Assembly: GCA_964482135.1 (NCBI GenBank)
Contig: CAYZWF010000005.1
Coordinates: 4,025 to 68,024, forward strand
From: an uncultured Rhodospirillaceae bacterium
GTDB lineage: Bacteria; Pseudomonadota; Alphaproteobacteria; UBA11136
Length of the DNA: 64,000 bases
Direction of reading: 5' to 3'
Notes under the pieces: model-generated
What the model was told of the DNA's origin: nothing
Database searches by the model: none
Seen by the model: the letters and a program-made list of their open reading frames with translations, nothing else
Program-made: the position numbers and the translations under genes
In this document: piece after piece, positions 43,110-54,420 of the stretch
How positions within the stretch are numbered: the first letter of the stretch is position 1
Layout of the letters: each line of letters opens with the position of its first letter

Positions 43110-44363
43110 TCAGCTTAGCAGAGTGGCCACGTCGCCGGGAAGGTCCGTGCCGCTTGGCCCCAGCGTCACGAAGGTGGGGGCGCTGGAAAGCAGGCGCGCG
43201 GCCACCCGCGAAATCGCCTCGCGGTCCACGGCGTCGATACGATCGGTAATCTCGTCGAGGGGGATGGGGCGGCCATAGACCAGCATCTGGGTGCCGAGCT
43301 GTTCGCAGCGCGAAGGCACGCTTTCCTGGGACATGAGCAGACCGGCGCGGGCCTGGGCGCGGGCGCGGGCGAGTTCCTCCCCGGTGACGTTTCCGCCCAG
43401 CGCCTTGATCTCGTCGCAGATCACGGGCAGCAGTTCGCCGCCCTTGTCGGCGCCGGCGCCGGCATAGACCCCGAGCAGGCCGCTGTCGGCATAGGAGGAG
43501 GTAAAGGAGGCGATGGTATAGACCAGCCCCCGTTTCTCGCGCACCTCCTGAAACAGCCGCGAGGACATGCCGCCGCCCAGGATGCCGGAGAATACCGACA
43601 GCGCATAGTAATCGGGATCGTCGGCGCGAACTCCCTCGAAACCCAACACCAGATGCAGCTGTTCCAAGGGCTTTTCGCTGTGCATGTGGCCCCCGGCATA
43701 GCGCGCCTGTTCCGGCGCCGGGGCATCCCCAGGACCAATGGAATCGAAGGCCGCAGCCACCAGCGCCACGAAGGCGTCATGATCCACGTCACCGGCGGCG
43801 CTCACCACCATGCGCCCGGGCGCGTAGTTCTCGGCCATATAGGCGCCCAGGGAATCCCGCGAAAAAGCGCTGACTATATGGGGCAGGCCGAGAATGGGAC
43901 GGCCCATGGCCTGGTCGGGATAGGCGCGGGCCTGAAAATTATCGAAGATGAGGTCGTCGGGGGTGTCGTTGCACTGGCCGATTTCCTGGAGCACCACATT
44001 GCGTTCCAGCTCCAGTTCCGATTCGTCGAATACCGAGTGCTGGAGGATATCGCCGAGAATATCCAGCGCCAGGGAGGTGTTCTCCTTGAGCACGCGGGCC
44101 ACATAGACCGTGCTTTCGCGCGAAGTATAGGCGTTGAGATGGCCGCCCACGGTCTCGATCTCTTCGGCGATGGCGCGCGCCGAGCGCCGCCGCGTGCCCT
44201 TGAAGGCCATGTGTTCGAGAAGATGGGAGACGCCGTTGATTTCCGGCCTCTCGTTACGGGTGCCCGCGCCCACGAAAACCCCCAGCGATACCGAGCGCGC
44301 GTCCTCCATGGCGTCGGTGGCCACCCGCAGGCCGTTATCCAGCGTGGTGACGGCAACGGTCAC
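43110..44363 (-). CDS. M16 family zinc peptidase (MPP-like)
   Basis: HLLEHMAFKGT, GGHLNAYTSRE, GGGMSSRLFQEVREKRGL. Confidence 0.93.
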   Translation of the reverse strand: MTVAVTTLDNGLRVATDAMEDARSVSLGVFVGAGTRNERPEINGVSHLLEHMAFKGTRRRSARAIAEEIETVGGHLNAYTSRESTVYVARVLKENTSLALDILGDILQHSVFDESELELERNVVLQEIGQCNDTPDDLIFDNFQARAYPDQAMGRPILGLPHIVSAFSRDSLGAYMAENYAPGRMVVSAAGDVDHDAFVALVAAAFDSIGPGDAPAPEQARYAGGHMHSEKPLEQLHLVLGFEGVRADDPDYYALSVFSGILGGGMSSRLFQEVREKRGLVYTIASFTSSYADSGLLGVYAGAGADKGGELLPVICDEIKALGGNVTGEELARARAQARAGLLMSQESVPSRCEQLGTQMLVYGRPIPLDEITDRIDAVDREAISRVAARLLSSAPTFVTLGPSGTDLPGDVATLLS

Positions 44364-45832
44364 GGGGCGCCTCCCGCGCTTTGGCCGCTCTCTTCTGCGC
44401 TGCTCTTTTCCGTTTCCTCACTGGAGCCACCGTTCATAACGGTAGCGTGTTCGCGCATATAGGCGGCCACGATGTTCACGTCGGCGGGAAGCGTTTCGAA
44501 GCGTTCGGGAAGCTCCGCCAGACCGGCCAGCGGCGCCGGGGCCGGGGGAATCACGCCGCAGGCCTTTTCCACGGCTTGCGGGAACTTGGCCGGATGGGCC
44601 GTGGCCAGCGCCACCACTGGATTTGCCTTACTGGCATGCCCAAGCTGGCGCGCGGCATGGACGCCGATGGCGCTGTGGGGATCGAGCAGGGTTCCGGTAT
44701 TTTCATATTCCCGGGCGATGGCCGCCAGCGTACCCTCGTCGTCGAGGCGGCAGGCGGTGAACAGTTCACAGGCGGTGCGGTAGAGTTTTTCCTCCAGCTT
44801 GAGGCGCCCGCTTTTGCGGAATGTCTTCATGGCCGATGCCACCCGCGCACCGTCGCGGTCAAAGAGGTCGAACAACAGGCGTTCAAAATTGCTCGAGACC
44901 TGGATATCCATGCTCGGGCTCAGGGAGGGCGTGACCTCGTGGACTTCCATGGCCCCGGACTCGAAGAACCGGGTGAGAATATCGTTGCGGTTGGAGCCGA
45001 TGACGAGGCGCTTGATGGGAAGCCCCATGCAGCGCGCGGCATAGCCCGCATAGACGTTGCCGAAATTGCCCGTGGGCACGGCAAACGACACCCCTTTGTC
45101 CGGCGCGCCCAATTCCAGGGCGGCGGAAAAGTAATACACGGTCTGGGCCATGATGCGCGCCCAGTTGATGGAATTGGCCGCCGAGAGGTGCAGATCCTGG
45201 CGGAAGGCGGTATCCTTGAACAGGGTTTTCACCATGTCCTGGCAGTCGTCGAAATCGCCTTCGATGGCCATATTGAACACATTGGGCGCGGCCACCGTGG
45301 TCATCTGGCGGCGCTGGACATCGGAAATCCGGCCCTTGGGGTGGAGCATGAACACATCCACCGAAGGACAGGCCGCACAGCCGGCAATGGCCGCCGAACC
45401 GGTATCGCCCGAAGTGGCGCCGAGGATGGTGACACGCTCGCCGCGGCTTGTAAGAATGTGATCGAAGAGCTGGCCCACCAGTTGCAGGGCGTAGTCCTTG
45501 AAGGCCAGGGTGGGGCCGTGGAAAAGCTCCATCAGATGGACGCCGCCACCGAGATCGCGCAAGGGCGCGATGGGATCGTGACTGAATCCGGCGTAGGATT
45601 TGGCCACCAGATCGCCATAGGTGCTCTCGGGGATGGCCTCGCCGATGAAGGGGTGGGTCAGACGCACCGCCAGATCCACATAGGACAGCCCGGCCATGTC
45701 ACGCAGCGCGGCGGCATCGAACTGGGGCCAGCTTTCGGGCACATAAAGGCCGCCGTCCCGGGCCAGCCCGGTCAGCAACACCTCGTCGAAGGAAAGTGCC
45801 GGAGCATCTCCCCGGCTGCTGATATAACGCAC
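44360..45832 (-). CDS. thrC: Threonine synthase
   Basis: MRYISSRG, GLARDGGLYVP, ELFHGPTLAFKD, ATSGDTGSAA, NSINWARI, ATAHPAKF. Confidence 0.96.
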   Translation of the reverse strand: MRYISSRGDAPALSFDEVLLTGLARDGGLYVPESWPQFDAAALRDMAGLSYVDLAVRLTHPFIGEAIPESTYGDLVAKSYAGFSHDPIAPLRDLGGGVHLMELFHGPTLAFKDYALQLVGQLFDHILTSRGERVTILGATSGDTGSAAIAGCAACPSVDVFMLHPKGRISDVQRRQMTTVAAPNVFNMAIEGDFDDCQDMVKTLFKDTAFRQDLHLSAANSINWARIMAQTVYYFSAALELGAPDKGVSFAVPTGNFGNVYAGYAARCMGLPIKRLVIGSNRNDILTRFFESGAMEVHEVTPSLSPSMDIQVSSNFERLLFDLFDRDGARVASAMKTFRKSGRLKLEEKLYRTACELFTACRLDDEGTLAAIAREYENTGTLLDPHSAIGVHAARQLGHASKANPVVALATAHPAKFPQAVEKACGVIPPAPAPLAGLAELPERFETLPADVNIVAAYMREHATVMNGGSSEETEKSSAEESGQSAGGAP

Positions 45833-45946
45833 GCGGCCCCTCCCAAAGCCTTGTGGATAAAATGCGCGCCTAACCTATCCCGCGAGCGGGGAGCAAGCAA
45901 GCCAGGGGGGTAAAATGGCGGGAAAAAAGCCAGAAAACAGCCGTTT

Positions 45947-46699
45947 TTAGGCGTTTTCGTCCTCGCGCTTGGTGCTGTAGACCACATAGATCACCAACAG
46001 CGCCAGGGCCAGGAGATACCAGGTAATGGCGTAGTGCAGGTGGTCGTTGGGCAGGTCAACCTTGGACTGGCCGCCCACGGGAAAACCGCCGGGATTGGGC
46101 TTGGCGCCGGCTTCCACATACCAGCTGGCGAAGGGGTCGAGTCCGGTGGCGGCGGCCATGGCGGGCAGGTCCACATAGAACCAAAAATTCTCCCGCGGCA
46201 CGTTATCGGGGGTATAGCGGCTCTTGCGGCCGGGGGCGCGGATCACGCCCTGCAATGAGACCGGGCCTTCGAGTTGCGCCGCCGCGCGCGGGGCGGGATC
46301 CTTGTAGTCCAGCGGTACCCAGCCGCGGTCCACCAGAACCAGGCTGTCATCGCCGCGCCGCAGCGGCGTGATCACGTGATAGCCCACATGGCCCATGAGC
46401 GAGCGGGCGCCGAGATACATCTCGTGATCGTGAAGAAACTCACCCTCGAGCCGTACCCGGTGGAATTCGAACTGGTCTATGGCGGCGGCGGCGGCGGTAG
46501 CCGGGGGCGGCGCAATCACGGTGGCAAAGCGGGCCTGGCGGGTGCTGATCAGGTCTTCCTTCCACAACAGGCGCTGGACCTGCCAGCCGCCGAGGAACAG
46601 CATGAACGCCACGCCGACAATGGTGAACAGGGTGGGAACCAGCGCCGGGCGGAACACATAGCCGCGAAAGCGGAAAATACCCTTATTGTCAGCCATCAT
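45947..46699 (-). CDS. SURF1 family cytochrome oxidase biogenesis protein
   Basis: LGGWQVQRL.WK, VLVDRGWVP, PNDHLHYAITWY. Confidence 0.92.
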   Translation of the reverse strand: MMADNKGIFRFRGYVFRPALVPTLFTIVGVAFMLFLGGWQVQRLLWKEDLISTRQARFATVIAPPPATAAAAAIDQFEFHRVRLEGEFLHDHEMYLGARSLMGHVGYHVITPLRRGDDSLVLVDRGWVPLDYKDPAPRAAAQLEGPVSLQGVIRAPGRKSRYTPDNVPRENFWFYVDLPAMAAATGLDPFASWYVEAGAKPNPGGFPVGGQSKVDLPNDHLHYAITWYLLALALLVIYVVYSTKREDENA

Positions 46700-47069
46700 C
46701 GTCCCTTCCCTGGCTTTCCGAATAGTCTTCCGATCTGTGGCGGAACTGCAGCGCCACCAGAGTCGCCTTGAGCCAGCGCGTGACGAGAAGCGAGCCGCCG
46801 AGGATAAGCGGCAGCAACACCACCCAATGCACCCATAGCGGCGGCGCGAAGACGGCTTCCATCCACAAGGCCACAGCCACGGCGATGCCGCCCATGATCA
46901 TTGTGACGAAGGCCACGGCGCCGTCGCCGCTGTCCTCGGCGCTTAAATTAAGATCGCAGACCGTGCACCGATCCGCGATCTTTAACAAGCCATTATAGAG
47001 TTTGCCCCTTCCACAACGGGGGCAGCGCATGGCCGCCCCCGCGAGGAAAGGTGATACCGGTGGGGTCAT
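46689..47069 (-). CDS. DUF983 family membrane protein
   Basis: RCPRCGRGKLY..LLK...C..C, DSGDG, PPLWVH. Confidence 0.85.
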   Translation of the reverse strand: MTPPVSPFLAGAAMRCPRCGRGKLYNGLLKIADRCTVCDLNLSAEDSGDGAVAFVTMIMGGIAVAVALWMEAVFAPPLWVHWVVLLPLILGGSLLVTRWLKATLVALQFRHRSEDYSESQGRDDDG

Positions 47070-47122
47070 CCGTTTATCTTACGTCCCCGATGTCCCCCCG
47101 GTTAGCGAAAAGTTCAACGCAT

Positions 47123-47953
47123 TCAGGCTGGCGGGCCCGCCCACCAGTAGATGCAGGTGAACAGGAACAGCCACACCACGTCCACGAAATGCCAGTACCA
47201 GGCGGCGGCCTCGAAACCGAAGTGATGGTCGGGTTTGAAATGCCCGGCCATCCCGCGCAGGAAACAGACGATGAGGAAGATGGTGCCCATGATCACATGG
47301 GCGCCGTGAAAACCGGTGGCCATGAAGAAGGTGGAGGGATAAATGCCGTCGCTGAAGGAGAAGGCGGCGATATCGTATTCATGGGCCTGAAGGCTGGTGA
47401 AGGTGATGCCCAAAATGATGGTCAGCGCCAGACCAAGCATGAAATGCTTGCGGTTGTCCTCGCGCAGGGCATGGTGAGCCCAGGTCACGGTGACGCCGGA
47501 GCTGAGCAGGATGACGGTGTTGAGGAAGGGAATTCCCCAGGGATCGAAGAGCTTGCCCTGCATATCCACCGGCGGCCAGACCCCGCCCAGAACCTCTTGC
47601 CGGGTTACCAGCTCGGGGCTGTTGGCGCCGGGAAAGAAGGCGACGTCGAAGAAAGCCCAGAACCAGGCCACGAAGAACATCACTTCCGAGGCGATGAACA
47701 GCGCCATGCCGTAACGCAGGCCGATCTGGACAACCGGCGAGTGGTGACCTTCATGTTCGCCCTCGCGGATGACATCACGCCACCAGGCGGCCACCACCAG
47801 CAGCAGCAGGGCGGAGCCCAGATAGAAAAGGGAATCGCCCTCGCCATGCATGAGACTGATGAGGCCAAAGGCCGTAATCAGTGCCGTAACACCGGTGGCG
47901 AAAGGCCACGGGCTGGGATCAACCAGATGATACGAATGTTTTGCAGAGCTCAT
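47123..47953 (-). CDS. coxC: Cytochrome c oxidase subunit III
   Basis: HSYHLVDPSPWP, FIASEVMFF, TGFHGAHV, WYWHFVDVVW. Confidence 0.96.
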   Translation of the reverse strand: MSSAKHSYHLVDPSPWPFATGVTALITAFGLISLMHGEGDSLFYLGSALLLLVVAAWWRDVIREGEHEGHHSPVVQIGLRYGMALFIASEVMFFVAWFWAFFDVAFFPGANSPELVTRQEVLGGVWPPVDMQGKLFDPWGIPFLNTVILLSSGVTVTWAHHALREDNRKHFMLGLALTIILGITFTSLQAHEYDIAAFSFSDGIYPSTFFMATGFHGAHVIMGTIFLIVCFLRGMAGHFKPDHHFGFEAAAWYWHFVDVVWLFLFTCIYWWAGPPA

Positions 47954-47997
47954 TCTTCTTACTCTCTTTTGCTAATAAAAATAAAAAACAAGGCCTC

Positions 47998-48648
47998 TTA
48001 CCCCCCGCTTGAATCCCCCAGCAAGGCGGTGCTTTCCTCCTCCGCGCCGTCGGCGGCAAAGAAGGTATAGGAAAGGGTGATGGTCTTGACCTCACCCATG
48101 TTGTCGTCGTCCATGATCGCCGGATCGACGAAGAAACTCACCGGCATGTCCACCTGTTGCCCCGCAGCCAGGGTCTGTTCGGTGAAGCAGAAACAGTCGA
48201 TCTTGTTGAAATACTTGCCCACCTTGAGCGGCGTCACGTTGAACACGGCGCTGCCGGTGACGGGCGTGGCGGAAAGGTTGCGCGCGGTGTAAAAGGCCAG
48301 CGCCGATTCCCCCACCTTGACGTCCACCGCCCTCTGCGCCGGGGCGAAACGCCACGGCAGGGTGGAGGAAACGCTGGAATCGAAGCGCACCGTTATCATG
48401 CGGGGGGGCACGGAGCCTCCAGAGTCCGTAAATTCCGGCGCGCCGGGCGCGGCAGCCGCCTGTTGCGTGGTGCCGCCATAGCCGGTGACCTGGCAGAAGA
48501 GGCGGTAGAGCGGCACCGAGGCATAGGCCAGCCCCACCATGCCGAACACCACCGCGGTGAGAATGCTTAAGAGCCTGCGGTTGCGGCGCCGCAGATCATC
48601 CCCCCGTGCAGATGTGGGTGCAGATGTGGGTGCGGGCATGGCGGTCAT
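47998..48648 (-). CDS. ctaG: Cytochrome c oxidase assembly protein CtaG/Cox11
   Basis: YASVPLYRLFCQVTGYGG, YFNKIDCFCFTEQ, TLSYTF. Confidence 0.95.
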   Translation of the reverse strand: MTAMPAPTSAPTSARGDDLRRRNRRLLSILTAVVFGMVGLAYASVPLYRLFCQVTGYGGTTQQAAAAPGAPEFTDSGGSVPPRMITVRFDSSVSSTLPWRFAPAQRAVDVKVGESALAFYTARNLSATPVTGSAVFNVTPLKVGKYFNKIDCFCFTEQTLAAGQQVDMPVSFFVDPAIMDDDNMGEVKTITLSYTFFAADGAEEESTALLGDSSGG

Positions 48649-48815
48649 GACGGCCCTCCCATGCGCACGATGGTGATGAGATAGAACAGCGCCACCAGGG
48701 CAAGCAGCACGCCGCCCAGGGCCAGGTTGCGGCTGCGCTGGCGTTTGTGCAGGGCGTCCATGCCGGACTCCCCGCTCACGACGCTGTCCTTGGTCACGAC
48801 GCTGTCCTTGGTCAT
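48645..48815 (-). CDS. Small single-TM protein between ctaB and ctaG (CoxF-like)
   Basis: ([18 protein letters not shown])[38 protein letters not shown]; alternative start 48761. Confidence 0.7.
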   Translation of the reverse strand: MTKDSVVTKDSVVSGESGMDALHKRQRSRNLALGGVLLALVALFYLITIVRMGGPS

Positions 48816-49762
48816 GCCGGAATCCCCATGCCGGCGGCCGCGTCGGCTAGCATGGCGACGAACAGCAGGAACAGATAGAGGATGGAATAGCCGAACAGGG
48901 CCTTGGCGGCGGCATCGGACTTGGCGGCCCAGAGCCGCAGCGCCAGCCCCAGGAACCCTCCCCCCAGAACCAGTGCAACGATCGCATAGGCCATCCCCGC
49001 CACGCCGAGCCAGCACGGAACCAGGGTCACGGGAATCAGCAGAACCGTGTAGAGCAGGATCAGCTTGCGGGTTTCGCGCGCGCCCGCCACCACCGGCATC
49101 ATGGGCACGCCGACGCGGGCGTAATCGCCGCAACGATACAGCGAGAGCGCCCAGAAATGGGCCGGCGTCCACACGAAGATAATGGCGAACAGGGCCAGCG
49201 AGGCCAACGACACGTCGCCGCTGACGGCGGCCCAGCCGATCATCGGCGGAAACGCCCCCGACGCGCCGCCGATGACAATGTTCTGCGGCGTCCGGCGTTT
49301 CAGCCAGATGGTATAGACGAATACATAGAAACAGATGGTCAGCGCCAACAGCGCGGCGGCCACATAGTTCACCGCCAGACCCATCACGCTCACCGCCGCC
49401 ACCGACAACACCACCCCGAAACCAAGTGCATCCGCCGGGTCCATGCGGCCCGCCGGCAACGGCCGGTTGCGGGTACGCTTCATGCCGGCATCGATATCGC
49501 GGTCGTACCACATGTTGATGGCGCCCGAGGCCCCCGCCGCCACGGCGATACATAAGATAGCCACCGCCGCCAGCAGGGGATGGATATGGCCCGGAGCCAG
49601 CATCATGCCGGCAAATCCGGTAAACACCACCAGCGACATCACCCGTGGTTTCAACAGGGCGATGAAATCCGTCACCGCGGGACTGGCGGAGCCGTCACCC
49701 GAAACATCAGACGGCACAGCCCCCGAAGAGACGTGATTGAGGTCAATGGAGGTAGAAGCCAT
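48812..49762 (-). CDS. ctaB: Protoheme IX farnesyltransferase (heme o synthase)
   Basis: [49 protein letters not shown]. Confidence 0.96.
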   Translation of the reverse strand: MASTSIDLNHVSSGAVPSDVSGDGSASPAVTDFIALLKPRVMSLVVFTGFAGMMLAPGHIHPLLAAVAILCIAVAAGASGAINMWYDRDIDAGMKRTRNRPLPAGRMDPADALGFGVVLSVAAVSVMGLAVNYVAAALLALTICFYVFVYTIWLKRRTPQNIVIGGASGAFPPMIGWAAVSGDVSLASLALFAIIFVWTPAHFWALSLYRCGDYARVGVPMMPVVAGARETRKLILLYTVLLIPVTLVPCWLGVAGMAYAIVALVLGGGFLGLALRLWAAKSDAAAKALFGYSILYLFLLFVAMLADAAAGMGIPA

Positions 49763-49807
49763 TTATAGCCTCCATCCGTTACGCATAAATCCCACCCTCC
49801 TGAAAAA

Positions 49808-51370
49808 CTACACTTTCGGCAATTCTTCGTAGGTATGGAAGGGTGGCGGTGAACTGAGCTTCCATTCCAGGGTATCGGCACCCACACCCCACGGATTATC
49901 CGCCGCCTTCTCGCCCGACGCAAAGGTCTTGTAGACGATGTAGAGGAAGAGAACCGCACCCACGATCGAGAGATAGGATCCGTAGGTGGAAATCTCGTTC
50001 CAGCCGACATAGGCGTCCGGATAGTCGGGAATACGCCGCGGCATGCCGGCAAGACCCGAGAAATGCATGGGGAAGAAGGTGAGGTTGACACCGACGAACA
50101 TGATCCAGAACTGGAGCTTGCCCAGGCTTTCCGAATACTGGCGTCCCGACATCTTGCCGATCCAGTAGAAAAAGCCCGCGAACATGGCGAACAGGGCGCC
50201 CATGGACATGGTGTAGTGGAAGTGGCCAACCACGTAATAGGTATCCTGAAGCGCGATGTCCACACCGGCATTGGCCAGCACCACGCCGGTGACGCCGCCC
50301 AGCGTAAACAGGAAGATCATCCCCAGCGCGAACAGCATGGGCGTGGGGAAGGTCAGAGACCCGCCCCACATGGTGGCTATCCAGCTGAATATCTTGATCC
50401 CCGTGGGCACCGCGATGACCATGGTGGCGGCCACGAAATAGGCCCGCGTATCCACGTCCATCCCCACCGTATACATGTGGTGGGCCCAGACGATGAAGCC
50501 GACGAAGCCGATGGCCACCATGGCGTAGGCCATGCCGAGATAGCCGAAGACGGGCTTCTTCGAGAAGGTGGAGATCACCTGGCTGACGATACCGAAACCC
50601 GGGATGATCAGGATATAGACCTCGGGGTGGGCGAAGAACCAGAACAGATGCTGCCACAGAAGAGGATCGCCGCCGCCCTCGGGTGAATAGAAGGTGGTGC
50701 CGAAATTACGGTCGGTGAGCAGCATGGTGATGCCGCCCGCCAGAACCGGCAAGGAGAGCAGTAGCAGGAACGAAGTCACCAGAACCGCCCAGCAGAACAG
50801 CGGCATCTTGTGCAGGGTCATGCCCGGCGCCCGCATGTTGAAGATGGTGGCGATGAAGTTGATGGCGCCCAGGATCGACGAGGCGCCCGCCAGATGCAGG
50901 GACAGAATCGCCAGGTCAACCGCCTTGCCGGGATGTCCGTAAGTGCTCAAGGGGGCGTAAACGGTCCAGCCCGTGCCGGCGCCGCCATCGGTAAAGGCCG
51001 AGGTCACCAGCAGGATAAGCGCCGGCGGCAGCAGCCAGAAGCTGACATTGTTCATGCGCGGGAAGGCCATGTCCGGCGCCCCGATCATCAACGGCACCAT
51101 CCAGTTGCCGAAACCGCCCATCATGGCCGGCATGACCATGAAGAACACCATGACGAAGCCATGGGCCGTCACCACCACGTTGAAGAACTGGTAGTCGTCG
51201 CCGAAGACCTGCATGCCGGGCTCGGCGAGCTCCATGCGAAGAAGCAGGGAGAAGACCGCGCCAACAACACCGCCGATAACGGCGAGAATAAGGTACATCG
51301 TGCCGATGTCCTTGTGGTTGGTGGAATAGAGCCACCGCTTGATGCCGGTGGGATTATCGTGAGTGCTCAT
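49808..51370 (-). CDS. coxA: Cytochrome c oxidase subunit I (aa3 type)
   Basis: [37 protein letters not shown]. Confidence 0.97.
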   Translation of the reverse strand: MSTHDNPTGIKRWLYSTNHKDIGTMYLILAVIGGVVGAVFSLLLRMELAEPGMQVFGDDYQFFNVVVTAHGFVMVFFMVMPAMMGGFGNWMVPLMIGAPDMAFPRMNNVSFWLLPPALILLVTSAFTDGGAGTGWTVYAPLSTYGHPGKAVDLAILSLHLAGASSILGAINFIATIFNMRAPGMTLHKMPLFCWAVLVTSFLLLLSLPVLAGGITMLLTDRNFGTTFYSPEGGGDPLLWQHLFWFFAHPEVYILIIPGFGIVSQVISTFSKKPVFGYLGMAYAMVAIGFVGFIVWAHHMYTVGMDVDTRAYFVAATMVIAVPTGIKIFSWIATMWGGSLTFPTPMLFALGMIFLFTLGGVTGVVLANAGVDIALQDTYYVVGHFHYTMSMGALFAMFAGFFYWIGKMSGRQYSESLGKLQFWIMFVGVNLTFFPMHFSGLAGMPRRIPDYPDAYVGWNEISTYGSYLSIVGAVLFLYIVYKTFASGEKAADNPWGVGADTLEWKLSSPPPFHTYEELPKV

Positions 51371-51392
51371 AATTTAAAACTCTCGCTTTGGC

Positions 51393-52271
51393 CTATTGCT
51401 GGGCTTGGTTTTGTACAGTGTTCTGGGCAACGCGGACGGACTCGTTGCCGTCATTGCGCGCGAATTCTTCCTGGGCGGTCGTGACCCAGGCGTCGAAGGC
51501 CTCTTTCGAGACCGCCTTGATGGCGATGGGCATGAAGGCGTGACCGGTGCCGCAAAGCTCCGAACACTGGCCGTAGTACCAGCCCTCTTGCGTAATCTTG
51601 AGCCAGGTCTCGTTGAGACGGCCGGGAATGGCGTCGGTCTTGACGCCGAGCGCGGGCATGGCCCAGCTGTGAATGACCCCGGCGGGAGGCGCGGCCAGAA
51701 GCACGCGCACGGTGGTGTCCACCGGCAGCACCACGGGATTGTCCACGCCGAGCAAGCGGGGATGCCCGTCCAGCTCGTCCTCCTCAAGCATGATGCTGTC
51801 GAAGGTAAAGTTGCCGTTATCGGGATATTCGTAGGTCCAGTACCACTGTTCGCCGATGGCCTTGATGGTCATCTCGGCGTCGGCCGCGCGGTCCTCGAAA
51901 TAAAGCAGCTTGAAGGAGGGAATGGCGATGGTCACCAGGATAAGAATGGGGACCACCGTCCACGCCACCTCAAGAGCGGTGTTGTGTGTCACCTTCGAGG
52001 GCACCGGGTTGTTCGATTCCTTGAAGCGCGTGATCACATAGAGCAGCAGCACGGTGACGAAAATGGAGATGACGGTGATGATGACGAGAAGCATGTCGTG
52101 AAAATCGGTAATGCTCTCCATCACCGGAGAGGCCGCGGCCTGAAGACCCATCTGCCAATCCACCGGCTGGCCGGTATGGACGGCGCCTGCGTGTTCGGCC
52201 AAGGCGGAAAAGGCGCTTATGCCCGTGAAGAAAACGGCCGCAATGGCGGCGCATACAGCATTCAGAAACAT
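51393..52271 (-). CDS. coxB: Cytochrome c oxidase subunit II
   Basis: QWYWTYEY, VIHSW, CSELCGTGHAFM CuA motif. Confidence 0.96.
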   Translation of the reverse strand: MFLNAVCAAIAAVFFTGISAFSALAEHAGAVHTGQPVDWQMGLQAAASPVMESITDFHDMLLVIITVISIFVTVLLLYVITRFKESNNPVPSKVTHNTALEVAWTVVPILILVTIAIPSFKLLYFEDRAADAEMTIKAIGEQWYWTYEYPDNGNFTFDSIMLEEDELDGHPRLLGVDNPVVLPVDTTVRVLLAAPPAGVIHSWAMPALGVKTDAIPGRLNETWLKITQEGWYYGQCSELCGTGHAFMPIAIKAVSKEAFDAWVTTAQEEFARNDGNESVRVAQNTVQNQAQQ

Positions 52272-52837
52272 TGTGTCCTGTCCTGTCTCGAAACCAAAAA
52301 AATATATGGAGTGACAAAAATAGCCAACCCCCCCACTGCGCCCGGTTCATTAGCCCCAAGATATACCTTACCCAAGGGGTGGTCACATTCAAATCCCAGA
52401 ATCCGATGGGGGCTTGTCGAAAGCCTCCCGCGACGAAACAAGAATGCAACCAAACAGCAGACGCGTCGGGCACAATACACAGTGCGGCGGTGCGGCTCAA
52501 GCCTAAGAATCACTCCGTCGCCGACTTTAAAAATATGGTTCGGAGAGGCTGAAAGAGGCGGAAAACTCACGTTTTTAATTTATAAATTTTATAAGAAAAA
52601 GAATTACTGTAACCATGATGTAACTAAAGGATAAGCACGGATGTCACCAAGGCGTAACTCACATCCAGGGTAATTTTTTGCCCCGCATCGGTACCGCAGC
52701 CGTCCTCTTTTTTTGCTGTGCGCCGGGGCCACCCCTCCCCATCTTGAAGAAAGGCGCGGAACGCGCTACCCCTCACCGGAGGTTTTTCCTCCCGCCGCCA
52801 TCCAATCGAAAAAGCCAATGGAGAAAGTTAAAAAAAG

Positions 52838-54271
52838 ATGAGCGATCTCGCCACCACCGACACGCTGTTCTTCGAGCGCACCGGCCTCGACCGGGAAGGC
52901 GCCGAATCCCGGGTCAATGATGCCCTGGCGGGCTGTGATGACGGCGAGCTGTTCCTTGAATACTGTCAGACCGAAAGCCTCAACTTCGACGATGGACGGC
53001 TGAAGACGGCCAGTTTCGACACCTCCCAGGGATTTGGCCTGCGCGCAGTCAGCGGCGAGACCACCGGCTATGCCCATGCCAGCGAATTGAGCGAGGCGGC
53101 ATTGAAGCGCGCGGGCGAGACGGTGAAAACGGTCATCACCGGAAGCAAGGCGGCAACCGAGGCCGCGCCCCAGTCCACCAACCGCCATCTTTACGACGAC
53201 ACCAACCCGCTGGGCGAGGGCGAGTTCGCCGACAAGGTATCGCTGCTTTCCGAGATGGACGCCTATGCCCGCGACCGCGACCCCCGGGTGCGCCAGGTCT
53301 CGGCCTCGCTCTCGGGACAATGGCAGGCGGTGCAGATCATCCGCCCCGGCGGCGAGCGGGTCTGTGACGTGCGCCCGCTGGTACGGCTCAACGTGACGGT
53401 CACGGCCGCCGAGGGCGAACGCATGGAACAGGGCACCTATGGCAGCGGCGGCCGCGCCGGTTATGGCCAGTGGCTCAAGCCCGAGACCTGGAAGGCTTCC
53501 GTGGACGAAGCCCTGCGCCAAGCCCTGGTAAATCTGGAATCGGTGGCCACCCCGGCCGGTGAAATGACCGTGGTGCTGGGGCCGGGCTGGCCGGGAATCC
53601 TGTTACACGAGGCCGTGGGCCACGGGCTGGAAGGCGATTTCAACCGCAAGAACACCTCGGCTTTTTCCGGGCTGGTGGGTCAACGGGTGGCCGCGCCCGG
53701 CGTCACCGTGGTCGATGACGGCACCCTGGAAAACCTGCGCGGATCGGTAACCATCGACGACGAAGGCACGCCGCCACAACGCACGATGCTGATCGAGGAT
53801 GGCATCCTGACGGGCTATATGTTCGACCGCATGAACGCCCGCCTCATGGACGCCCAGCCCACCGGCAACGGCCGCCGCCAGTCCTACGCCCACGCCCCCA
53901 TGCCGCGCATGACCAACACCTATATGCTGGGCGGCGGCCATGCGCAGGAGGAGATCATCGCCTCGGTGAAGAAGGGCCTCTATGCCGTCAGTTTCAGCGG
54001 CGGCTCGGTGGACATCACCAGCGGTAAGTTCGTGTTCTCGGCCTCGGAGGCCTATCTCATCGAGGACGGCAAGATAGGCGCGCCGGTAAAAGGAGCCACC
54101 CTGATCGGCAACGGGCCGGATGTTTTGACCAAGGTCTCCATGATCGGCGACGACATGGCGCTGGACCCCGGTATCGGCACCTGCGGCAAGGACGGCCAGC
54201 ACGTGCCCGTGGGCGTGGGCCAGCCCACATTGAAGATCGACGGCCTCACCGTGGGCGGCACCGAAGGGTAA
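52838..54271 (+). CDS. tldD: Metalloprotease TldD
   Basis: GILLHEAVGHGLEGDFNRK, GNGRRQSYAH.PMPRMTNT, CGKDGQ.VPVGVGQPT. Confidence 0.96.
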   Translation: MSDLATTDTLFFERTGLDREGAESRVNDALAGCDDGELFLEYCQTESLNFDDGRLKTASFDTSQGFGLRAVSGETTGYAHASELSEAALKRAGETVKTVITGSKAATEAAPQSTNRHLYDDTNPLGEGEFADKVSLLSEMDAYARDRDPRVRQVSASLSGQWQAVQIIRPGGERVCDVRPLVRLNVTVTAAEGERMEQGTYGSGGRAGYGQWLKPETWKASVDEALRQALVNLESVATPAGEMTVVLGPGWPGILLHEAVGHGLEGDFNRKNTSAFSGLVGQRVAAPGVTVVDDGTLENLRGSVTIDDEGTPPQRTMLIEDGILTGYMFDRMNARLMDAQPTGNGRRQSYAHAPMPRMTNTYMLGGGHAQEEIIASVKKGLYAVSFSGGSVDITSGKFVFSASEAYLIEDGKIGAPVKGATLIGNGPDVLTKVSMIGDDMALDPGIGTCGKDGQHVPVGVGQPTLKIDGLTVGGTEG

Positions 54272-54287
54272 GGGGCGAATTCGGGGG

Positions 54288-54323
54288 GATAAACGCCCAG
54301 ATAAATGCCCAGATAAATACCCA
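54288..54323. repeat. Three 12-bp tandem repeats
   Basis: GATAAACGCCCA GATAAATGCCCA GATAAATACCCA. Confidence 0.8.
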
Positions 54324-54420
54324 AACAACCGGGGGGCGATGGACCCCCGTCATCGCGGGCCTTAAGGTGGGTCCAACAAGATTTTTATTCTTTCTAATTT
54401 TTCCTGGGGAGGGAAAAACA

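Noticed and set aside
48645-49553. 302-aa ORF overlapping ctaB
   Set aside because: Alternative frame of ctaB; only the last 38-56 codons are the real small CoxF-like gene
54288-54323. CRISPR array
   Set aside because: 12-bp units are contiguous with no spacers and no cas genes are present; I found no CRISPR array anywhere in the window
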